A stretch of 64,000 bases of DNA from Auanema rhodensis (Eukaryota > Animalia > Nematoda), in NCBI GenBank assembly GCA_964057225.1, contig OZ059899.1, positions 992,001 to 1,056,000 of the forward strand, given 5' to 3'. A model generated the notes under the pieces. It made no database searches. It saw only the letters and a list, made by a program, of their open reading frames with translations, and was not told where the DNA came from. The translations under genes were made by a program, and so were the position numbers. This document shows, piece after piece, positions 53,265 through 64,000 of the stretch (positions are counted from its first letter, which is position 1; each line of letters begins with the position of its first letter).

Positions 53265-56200
53265 ATGTTTTTAGATTCCGTTTTTCAAGGCAAAGACGAT
53301 GGACAATGTTATTCAACGAAAAAAATAATTCTTCAGGGTGAAAATCGAGGATATAAGTGTGAACTTATATCAGTTGATATCTCGGTGCATTTTTAAGCTA
53401 GCGCAAATCTGATAACACAGATCGACGCAGCTTAAAAATCCGCATCGAATGCACTAAACTACATTGAGAAACGCTTGATACAAAAATTAGTTATGATCGT
53501 TTGAAAAATGATGCATTAGTGTATGTTGAGTTTCCATGTACACTCAACATTGCTTCCAAAAACATTTTGACAAAAATTTTTTCGAAAAATTTCAAGATAA
53601 TTTAGCGAAAAGTAGATGTTTTTAGATTCCGTTTTTCAAGGCAAAGACGATGGACAATGTTATTCAACGAAAAAATTAATTCTTCAGGGTGAAAATCGAG
53701 GATATAAGTGTGAACTTATATCAGTTGATATCTCGGTGCATTTTCAAGCTAGCGCAAATCTGATAACACAGATCGACGCAGCTCAAAAATCCGCATCGAA
53801 TGCACTATTTTACATTAAGAAACGCTTAATACAAAAATTAGTTATGTTCGTTTGAAAAATGATGCATTAGTGTATGTTGAGTTTCCATGTACACTCAACA
53901 TTGCTTCCAAAAACATTTTGACAAAAATTTTTTCGAAAAATTTCAAAATAATTTAGCGAAAAGTAGATGTTTTTAGATTCCGTTTTTCAAGGCAAAGACG
54001 ATGGACAATGTTATTCATCGAAAAAATTAATTCTTCAGGGTGAAAATCGAGGATATAAGTGTGAACTTATATCAGTTGATATCTCGGTGCTTTTTTCAGC
54101 TAGCGCAAATCTGATAACACAGATCGACGCAGCTCAAAAATCCGCATCGAATGCACTATACTACATTGAGAAACGCTTAATACAAAAATTAGTTATGATT
54201 GTTTGAAAAATGATGCATTAGTGTATGTTGAGTTTCCATGTACACTCAACATTGCTTCCAAAAACATTTTGACAAAAATTTTTTCGAAAAATTTCAAGAT
54301 AATTTAGCGAAAAGTAGATGTTTTTAGATTCCGTTTTTCAAGGCAAAGACGATGGACAATGTTATTCAACGAAAAAATTAATTCTTCAGGGTGAAAATCG
54401 AGGATATAAGTGTGAACTTATATCAGTTGATATCTCGGTGCATTTTCAAGCTAGCGCAAATCTGATAACACAGATCGACGCAGCTCAAAAATCCGCATCG
54501 AATGCACTATATTACATTAAGAAACGCTTAATACAAAAATTAGTTATGTTCGTTTGAAAAATGATGCATTAGTGTATGTTGAGTTTCCATGTACACTCAA
54601 CATTGCTTCCAAAAACATTTTGACAAAAATTTTTTCGAAAAATTTCAAAATAATTTAGCGAAAAGTAGATGTTTTTAGATTCCGTTTTTCAAGGCAAAGA
54701 CGATGGACAATGTTATTCATCGAAAAAATTAATTCTTCAGGGTGAAAATCGAGGATATAAGTGTGAACTTATATCAGTTGATATCTCGGTGCTTTTTTAA
54801 GCTAGCGCAAATTTGATAACACAGATCGACGCAGCTCAAAAATCCGCATCGAATGCACTATACTACATTGAGAAACGCTTAATACAAAAATTAGTTATGA
54901 TTGTTTGAAAAATGATGCATTAGTGTATGTTGAGTTTCCATGTACACTCAACATTGCTTCCAAAAACATTTTGACAAAAATTTTTTCGAAAAATTTCAAG
55001 ATAATTTAGCGAAAAGTAGATGTTTTTAGATTCCGTTTTTCAAGGCAAAGACGATGGACAATGTTATTCAACGAAAAAATTAATTCTTCAGGGTGAAAAT
55101 CGAGGATATAAGTGTGAACTTATATCAGTTGATATCTCGGTGCATTTTCAAGCTAGCGCAAATCTGATAACACAGATCGACGCAGCTCAAAAATCCGCAT
55201 CGAATGCACTATACTACATTGAGAAACGCTCAATACAAAAATTAGTTATGATCGTTTGAAAAATGATGCATTAGTGTATGTTGAGTTTCCATGTACACTC
55301 AACATTGCTTCCAAAAACATTTTGACAAAAATTTTTTCGAAAAATTTCAAGATAATTTAGCGAAAAGTAGATGTTTTTAGATTCCGTTTTTCAAGGCAAA
55401 GACGATGGACAATGTTATTCAACAAAAAAAATAATTCTTCAGGGTGAAAATCGAGGATATAAGTGTGAACTTATATCAGTTGATATCTCGGTGCATTTTT
55501 AAGCTAGCGCAAATCTGATAACACAGATCGACACAGCTCAAAAATCCGCATTGAATGCACTATACTACATTGAGAAACGCTTAATACAAAAATTAGTTAT
55601 GATCGTTTGAAAAATGATGCATTAGTGTATGTTGAGTTTCCATGTACACTCAACATTGCTTCCAAAAACAGTTTGACAAAAATTTTTTCGAAAAATTTCA
55701 AGATAATTTAGCGAAAAGTAGATGTTTTTAGATTCCGTTTTTCAAGGCAAAGACGATGGACAATGTTATTCAACGAAAAAAATAATTCTTCAGGGTGAAA
55801 ATCGAGGATATAAGTGTGAACTTATATCAGTTGATATCTCGGTGCATTTTTAAGCTAGCGCAAATCTGATAACACAGATCGACGTAGCTTAAAAATCCGC
55901 ATCGAATGCACTATACTACATTGAGAAACGCTTAATACAAAAATTAGTTATGATCGTTTGAAAAATGATGCATTAGTGTATGTTGAGTTTCCATGTACAC
56001 TCAACATTGCTTCCAAAAACATTTTGACAAAAATTTTTTCGAAAAATTTCAAGATAATTTAGCGAAAAGTAGATGTTTTTAGATTCCGTTTTTCAAGGCA
56101 AAGACGATGGACAATGTTATTCAACGAAAAAATTAATTCTTCAGGGTGAAAATCGAGGATATAAGTGTGAACTTATATCAGTTGATATCTCGGTGCATTT

Positions 56201-59200
56201 TCAAGCTAGCGCAAATCTGATAACACAGATCGACGCAGCTCAAAAATCCGCATCGAATGCACTATACTACATTGAGAAACGCTTATTACAAAAATTAGTT
56301 ATGTTCGTTTGAAAAATGATGCATTAGTGTATGTTGAGTTTCCATGTACACTCAACATTGCTTCCAAAAACATTTTGACAAAAATTTTTTCGAAAAATTT
56401 CAAAATAATTTAGCGAAAAGTAGATGTTTTTAAATTCCGTTTTTCAAGGCAAAGACGATGGACAATGTTATTCATCGAAAAAATTAATTCTTCAGGGTGA
56501 AAATCGAGGATATAAGTGTGAACTTATATCAGTTGATATCTCGGTGCATTTTTAAGCTAGCGCAAATCTGATAACACAGATCGACGCAGCTCAAAAATCC
56601 GCATTGAATGCACTATACTACATTGAGAAACGCTCAATACAAAAATTAGTTATGATCGTTTGAAAAATGATGTATTAGTGTATGTTGAGTTTCCATGTAC
56701 ACTCAATATTGCTTCCAAAAACATTTTGACAAAAATTTTTTCGAAAAATTTCAAAATAATTTAGCGAAAAGTAGATGTTTTTAGATTCCGTTTTTCAAGG
56801 CAAAGACGATGGACAATGTTATTCAACGAAAAAAATAATTCTTCAGGGTGAAAATCGAGGATATAAGTGTGAACTTATATCAGTTGATATCTCGGTGCAT
56901 TTTTAAGCTAGCGCAAATCTGATAACACAGATCGACGCAGCTTAAAAATCCGCATCGAATGCACTAAACTACATTGAGAAACGCTTGATACAAAAATTAG
57001 TTATGATCGTTTGAAAAATGATGCATTAGTGTATGTTGAGTTTCCATGTACACTCAACATTGCTTCCAAAAACATTTTGACAAAAATTTTTTCGAAAAAT
57101 TTCAAGATAATTTAGCGAAAAGTAGATGTTTTTAGATTCCGTTTTTCAAGGCAAAGACGATGGACAATGTTATTCAACGAAAAAATTAATTCTTCAGGGT
57201 GAAAATCGAGGATATAAGTGTGAACTTATATCAGTTGATATCTCGGTGCATTTTCAAGCTAGCGCAAATCTGATAACACAGATCGACGCAGCTCAAAAAT
57301 CCGCATCGAATGCACTATATTACATTAAGAAACGCTTAATACAAAAATTAGTTATGTTCGTTTGAAAAATGATGCATTAGTGTATGTTGAGTTTCCATGT
57401 ACACTCAACATTGCTTCCAAAAACATTTTGACAAAAATTTTTTCGAAAAATTTCAAAATAATTTAGCGAAAAGTAGATGTTTTTAGATTCCGTTTTTCAA
57501 GGCAAAGACGATGGACAATGTTATTCATCGAAAAAATTAATTCTTCAGGGTGAAAATCGAGGATATAAGTGTGAACTTATATCAGTTGATATCTCGGTGC
57601 TTTTTTCAGCTAGCGCAAATCTGATAACACAGATCGACGCAGCTCAAAAATCCGCATCGAATGCACTATACTACATTGAGAAACGCTTAATACAAAAATT
57701 AGTTATGATTGTTTGAAAAATGATGCATTAGTGTATGTTGAGTTTCCATGTACACTCAACATTGCTTCCAAAAACATTTTGACAAAAATTTTTTCGAAAA
57801 ATTTCAAGATAATTTAGCGAAAAGTAGATGTTTTTAGATTCCGTTTTTCAAGGCAAAGACGATGGACAATGTTATTCAACGAAAAAATTAATTCTTCAGG
57901 GTGAAAATCGAGGATATAAGTGTGAACTTATATCAGTTGATATCTCGGTGCATTTTCAAGCTAGCGCAAATCTGATAACACAGATCGACGCAGCTCAAAA
58001 ATCCGCATCGAATGCACTATATTACATTAAGAAACGCTTAATACAAAAATTAGTTATGTTCGTTTGAAAAATGATGCATTAGTGTATGTTGAGTTTCCAT
58101 GTACACTCAACATTGCTTCCAAAAACATTTTGACAAAAATTTTTTCGAAAAATTTCAAAATAATTTAGCGAAAAGTAGATGTTTTTAGTTTCCGTTTTTC
58201 AAGGCAAAGACGATGGACAATGTTATTCATCGAAAAAATTAATTCTTCAGGGTGAAAATCGAGGATATAAGTGTGAACTTATATCAGTTGATATCTCGGT
58301 GCTTTTTTAAGCTAGCGCAAATCTGATAACACAGATCGACGCAGCTCAAAAATCCGCATCGAGTGCACTATACTACATTGAGAAACGCTTAATACAAAAA
58401 TTAGTTATGATTGTTTGAAAAATGATGCATTAGTGTATGTTGAGTTTCGATGTACACTCAACATTGCTTCCAAAAACATTTTGACAAAAATTTTTTCGAA
58501 AAATTTCAAGATAATTTAGCGAAAAGTAGATGTTTTTAGATTCCGTTTTTCAAGGCAAAGACGATGGACAATGTTATTCAACGAAAAAATTAATTCTTCA
58601 GGGTGAAAATCGAGGATATAAGTGTGAACTTATATCAGTTGATATCTCGGTGCATTTTCAAGTTAGCGCAAATCTGATAACACAGATCGACGCAGCTCAA
58701 AAATCCGCATCGAATGCACTATACTACATTGAGAAACGCTCAATACAAAAATTAGTTATGATCGTTTGAAAAATGATGCATTAGTGTATGTTGAGTTTCC
58801 ATGTACACTCAACATTGCTTCCAAAAACATTTTGACAAAAATTTTCTCGAAAAATTTCAAGATAATTTAGCGAAAAGTAGATGTTTTTAGATTCCGTTTT
58901 TCAAGGCAAAGACGATGGACAATGTTATTCAACGAAAAAAATAATTCTTCAGGGTGAAAATCGAGGATATAAGTGTGAACTTATATCAGTTGATATCTCG
59001 GTGCATTTTTAAGCTAGCGCAAATCTGATAACACAGATCGACGCAGCTCAAAAATCCGCATTGAATGCACTATACTACATTGAGAAACGCTTAATACAAA
59101 AATTAGTTATGATTGTTTGAAAAATGATGCATTAGTGTATGTTGAGTTTCCATGTACACTCAACATTGCTTCCAAAAACATTTTGACAAAAATTTTTTCG

Positions 59201-62200
59201 AAAAATTTCAAGATAATTTAGCGAAAAGTAGATGTTTTTAGATTCCGTTTTTCAAGGCAAAGACGATGGACAATGTTATTCAACGAAAAAAATAATTCTT
59301 CAGGGTGAAAATCGAGGATATAAGTGTGAACTTATATCAGTTGATATCTCGGTGCATTTTTAAGCTAGCGCAAATCTGATAACACAGATCGACGCAGCTC
59401 AAAAATCCGCATTGAATGCACTATACTACATTGAGAAACGCTTAATACAAAAATTAGTTATGATTGTTTGAAAAATGATGCATTAGTGTATGTTGAGTTT
59501 CCATGTACACTCAACATTGCTTCCAAAAACATTTTGACAAAAATTTTTTCGAAAAATTTCAAGATAATTTAGCGAAAAGTAGATGTTTTTAGATTCCGTT
59601 TTTCAAGGCAAAGACGATGGACAATGTTATTCAACGAAAAAATTAATTCTTCAGGGTGAAAATCGAGGATATAAGTGTGAACTTATATCAGTTGATATCT
59701 CGGTGCATTTTCAAGCTAGCGCAAATCTGATAACACAGATCGACGCAGCTCAAAAATCCGCATCGAATGCACTATATTACATTAAGAAACGCTTAATACA
59801 AAAATTAGTTATGTTCGTTTGAAAAATGATGCATTAGTGTATGTTGAGTTTCCATGTACACTCAACATTGCTTCCAAAAACATTTTGACAAAAATTTTTT
59901 CGAAAAATTTCAAAATAATTTAGCGAAAAGTAGATGTTTTTAGATTCCGTTTTTCAAGGCAAAGACGATGGACAATGTTATTCATCGAAAAAATTAATTC
60001 TTCAGGGTGAAAATCGAGGATATAAGTGTGAACTTATATCAGTTGATATCTCGGTGCTTTTTTAAGCTAGCGCAAATCTGATAACACAGATCGACGCAGC
60101 TCAAAAATCCGCATCGAGTGCACTATACTACATTGAGAAACGCTTAATACAAAAATTAGTTATGATTGTTTGAAAAATGATGCATTAGTGTATGTTGAGT
60201 TTCGATGTACACTCAACATTGCTTCCAAAAACATTTTGACAAAAATTTTTTCGAAAAATTTCAAGATAATTTAGCGAAAAGTAGATGTTTTTAGATTCCG
60301 TTTTTCAAGGCAAAGACGATGGACAATGTTATTCAACGAAAAAAATAATTCTTCAGGGTGAAAATCGAGGATATAAGTGTGAACTTATATCAGTTGATAT
60401 CTCGGTGCATTTTTAAGCTAGCGCAAATCTGATAACACAGATCGACACAGCTCAAAAATCCGCATTGAATGCACTATACTACATTGAGAAACGCTTAATA
60501 CAAAAATTAGTTATGATCGTTTGAAAAATGATGCATTAGTGTATGTTGAGTTTCCATGTACACTCAACATTGCTTCCAAAAACAGTTTGACAAAAATTTT
60601 TTCGAAAAATTTCAAGATAATTTAGCGAAAAGTAGATGTTTTTAGATTCCGTTTTTCAAGGCAAAGACGATGGACAATGTTATTCAACGAAAAAAATAAT
60701 TCTTCAGGGTGAAAATCGAGGATATAAGTGTGAACTTATATCAGTTGATATCTCGGTGCATTTTTAAGCTAGCGCAAATCTGATAACACAGATCGACGTA
60801 GCTTAAAAATCCGCATCGAATGCACTATACTACATTGGGAAACGCTCAATACAAAAATTAGTTATGATCGTTTGAAAAATGATGCATTAGTGTATGTTGA
60901 GTTTCCATGTACACTCAACATTGCTTCCAAAAACATTTTGACAAAAATTTTTTCGAAAAATTTCAAAATAATTTAGCAAAAAGTAGATGTTTTTAAATTC
61001 CGTTTTTCAAGGCAAAGACGATGGACAATGTTATTCATCGAAAAAATTAATTCTTCAGGGTGAAAATCGAGGATATAAGTGTGAACTTATATCAGTTGAT
61101 ATCTCGGTGCATTTTTAAGCTAGCGCAAATCTGATAACACAGATCGACGCAGCTCAAAAATCCGCATTGAATGCACTATACTACATTGAGAAACGCTTAA
61201 TACAAAAATTAGTTATGATCGTTTGAAAAATGATGCATTAGTGTATGTTGAGTTTCCATGTACACTCAACATTGCTTCCAAAAACATTTTGACAAAAATT
61301 TTTTCGAAAAATTTCAAGATAATTTAGCGAAAAGTAGATGTTTTTAGATTCCGTTTTTCAAGGCAAAGACGATGGACAATGTTATTCAACGAAAAAAATA
61401 ATTCTTCAGGGTGAAAATCGAGGATATAAGTGTGAACTTATATCAGTTGATATCTCGGTGCATTTTTAAGCTAGCGCAAATCTGATAACACAGATCGACA
61501 CAGCTCAAAAATCCGCATTGAATGCACTATACTACATTGAGAAACGCTTAATACAAAAATTAGTTATGATCGTTTGAAAAATGATGCATTAGTGTATGTT
61601 GAGTTTCCATGTACACTCAACATTGCTTCCAAAAACAGTTTGACAAAAATTTTTTCGAAAAATTTCAAGATAATTTAGCGAAAAGTAGATGTTTTTAGAT
61701 TCCGTTTTTCAAGGCAAAGACGATGGACAATGTTATTCAACGAAAAAAATAATTCTTCAGGGTGAAAATCGAGGATATAAGTGTGAACTTATATCAGTTG
61801 ATATCTCGGTGCATTTTTAAGCTAGCGCAAATCTGATAACACAGATCGACGTAGCTTAAAAATCCGCATCGAATGCACTATACTACATTGAGAAACGCTT
61901 AATACAAAAATTAGTTATGATCGTTTGAAAAATGATGCATTAGTGTATGTTGAGTTTCCATGTACACTCAACATTGCTTCCAAAAACATTTTGACAAAAA
62001 TTTTTTCGAAAAATTTCAAGATAATTTAGCGAAAAGTAGATGTTTTTAGATTCCGTTTTTCAAGGCAAAGACGATGGACAATGTTATTCAACGAAAAAAT
62101 TAATTCTTCAGGGTGAAAATCGAGGATATAAGTGTGAACTTATATCAGTTGATATCTCGGTGCATTTTCAAGCTAGCGCAAATCTGATAACACAGATCGA

Positions 62201-64000
62201 CGCAGCTCAAAAATCCGCATCGAATGCACTATACTACATTGAGAAACGCTTATTACAAAAATTAGTTATGTTCGTTTGAAAAATGATGCATTAGTGTATG
62301 TTGAGTTTCCATGTACACTCAACATTGCTTCCAAAAACATTTTGACAAAAATTTTTTCGAAAAATTTCAAAATAATTTAGCGAAAAGTAGATGTTTTGAA
62401 ATTCCGTTTTTCAAGGCAAAGACGATGGACAATGTTATTCATCGAAAAAATTAATTCTTCAGGGTGAAAATCGAGGATATAAGTGTGAACTTATATCAGT
62501 TGATATCTCGGTGCATTTTTAAGCTAGCGCAAATCTGATAACACAGATCGACGCAGCTCAAAAATTCGCATTGAATGCACTATACTACATTGAGAAACGC
62601 TCAATACAAAAATTAGTTATGATCGTTTGAAAAATGATGTATTAGTGTATGTTGAGTTTCCATGTACACTCAATATTGCTTCCAAAAACATTTTGACAAA
62701 AATTTTTTCGAAAAATTTCAAAATAATTTAGCGAAAAGTAGATGTTTTTAGATTCCGTTTTTCAAGGCAAAGACGATGGACAATGTTATTCAACGAAAAA
62801 AATAATTCTTCAGGGTGAAAATCGAGGATATAAGTGTGAACTTATATCAGTTGATATCTCGGTGCATTTTTAAGCTAGCGCAAATCTGATAACACAGATC
62901 GACGCAGCTTAAAAATCCGCATCGAATGCACTAAACTACATTGAGAAACGCTTGATACAAAAATTAGTTATGATCGTTTGAAAAATGATGCATTAGTGTA
63001 TGTTGAGTTTCCATGTACACTCAACATTGCTTCCAAAAACATTTTGACAAAAATTTTTTCGAAAAATTTCAAGATAATTTAGCGAAAAGTAGATGTTTTT
63101 AGATTCCGTTTTTCAAGGCAAAGACGATGGACAATGTTATTCAACGAAAAAATTAATTCTTCAGGGTGAAAATCGAGGATATAAGTGTGAACTTATATCA
63201 GTTGATATCTCGGTGCATTTTCAAGCTAGCGCAAATCTGATAACACAGATCGACGCAGCTCAAAAATCCGCATCGAATGCACTATATTACATTAAGAAAC
63301 GCTTAATACAAAAATTAGTTATGTTCGTTTGAAAAATGATGCATTAGTGTATGTTGAGTTTCCATGTACACTCAACATTGCTTCCAAAAACATTTTGACA
63401 AAAATTTTTTCGAAAAATTTCAAAATAATTTAGCGAAAAGTAGATGTTTTTAGATTCCGTTTTTCAAGGCAAAGACGATGGACAATGTTATTCATCGAAA
63501 AAATTAATTCTTCAGGGTGAAAATCGAGGATATAAGTGTGAACTTATATCAGTTGATATCTCGGTGCTTTTTTCAGCTAGCGCAAATCTGATAACACAGA
63601 TCGACGCAGCTCAAAAATCCGCATCGAATGCACTATACTACATTGAGAAACGCTTAATACAAAAATTAGTTATGATTGTTTGAAAAATGATGCATTAGTG
63701 TATGTTGAGTTTCCATGTACACTCAACATTGCTTCCAAAAACATTTTGACAAAAATTTTTTCGAAAAATTTCAAGATAATTTAGCGAAAAGTAGATGTTT
63801 TTAGATTCCGTTTTTCAAGGCAAAGACGATGGACAATGTTATTCAACGAAAAAATTAATTCTTCAGGGTGAAAATCGAGGATATAAGTGTGAACTTATAT
63901 CAGTTGATATCTCGGTGCATTTTCAAGCTAGCGCAAATCTGATAACACAGATCGACGCAGCTCAAAAATCCGCATCGAATGCACTATATTACATTAAGAA
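53265..64000 (+). repeat. Overlapping block duplications at offsets 3510 bp (10 monomers) and 5967 bp (17 monomers)
   Basis: GCACTAAAC monomer at 53265, 56775, 62742; TTTTTTCAGC (VLFS) monomer at 53967, 57477, 63444; CTTATTAC (RLLQ) monomer at 56073, 62040. Confidence 0.88.

Larger units (their letters stand above)
1..64000. repeat. Satellite DNA: tandem array of a 351-bp monomer, ~182 copies, running off both window ends
   Basis: TCAGTTGATATCTCGGTGC recurs at 1, 352, 703 and so on. ORF starts 949 and 63444 are 62495 bp apart = 178 x 351 + 17, and the 17 is fully explained by the indels seen (+11, 4 x +2, 2 x -1). No inversion or foreign insert seen. Confidence 0.99.

Noticed and set aside
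24721-53341. Five 63-aa ORFs (MKNDALVYVEF...)
   Set aside because: They start at TTG and exist only where a single substitution removes a TAG (TTTCGC or TTGAGC alleles). These are chance frames.
949-63683. 56 copies of a 79-aa ORF (MFLDSVFQGK...) as a tandem multigene family
   Set aside because: The frame is closed in about two thirds of monomers by CAA>TAA, GAA>TAA or TGA alleles. Visible variants are mostly non-synonymous, there is no recognisable domain, and the non-ORF part of the unit is at least as conserved.
1-64000. CRISPR array or other repeat-spacer system
   Set aside because: There are no unique spacers; the entire unit is repeated. No cas or other genes are present.
1-64000. Artefactual concatemer (rolling-circle amplification or assembly loop)
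   Set aside because: Variants are shared in ordered, nested blocks and regional domains rather than being identical or random, as expected of a real evolving array. Exact copy number still needs read-level confirmation.

Overview
The whole 64-kb window is one uninterrupted head-to-tail tandem array of a 351-bp, AT-rich monomer (about 33% GC by hand count), about 182 copies, all in one orientation and differing by a few substitutions each. This looks like eukaryotic satellite DNA; I cannot name the family or organism. I see no genes, RNA genes, transposon insertions or unique sequence. The 79-aa and 63-aa ORFs are chance frames inside the monomer that open and close with single-base variants. 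The information lies at three scales. (1) Monomer: dense in dyad symmetry, with a 9-bp stem and GTGA/GGGA tetraloop, a ~67-nt long hairpin, a second 9-bp stem and a TTTTTCGAAAAA palindrome. (2) Local: shared variants reveal short-lived 2-, 3-, 4-, 5- and 6-monomer units and block duplications offset by 10, 17 and 18 monomers, with no single fixed higher-order repeat. (3) Window: a distinct central variant domain (~28.3-51 kb) lies between two flanks that resemble each other. Only 7 indels of 4 kinds disturb the 351-bp phase. I found no supportable novel protein-coding system. The best leads are the structured monomer and the layered array architecture.
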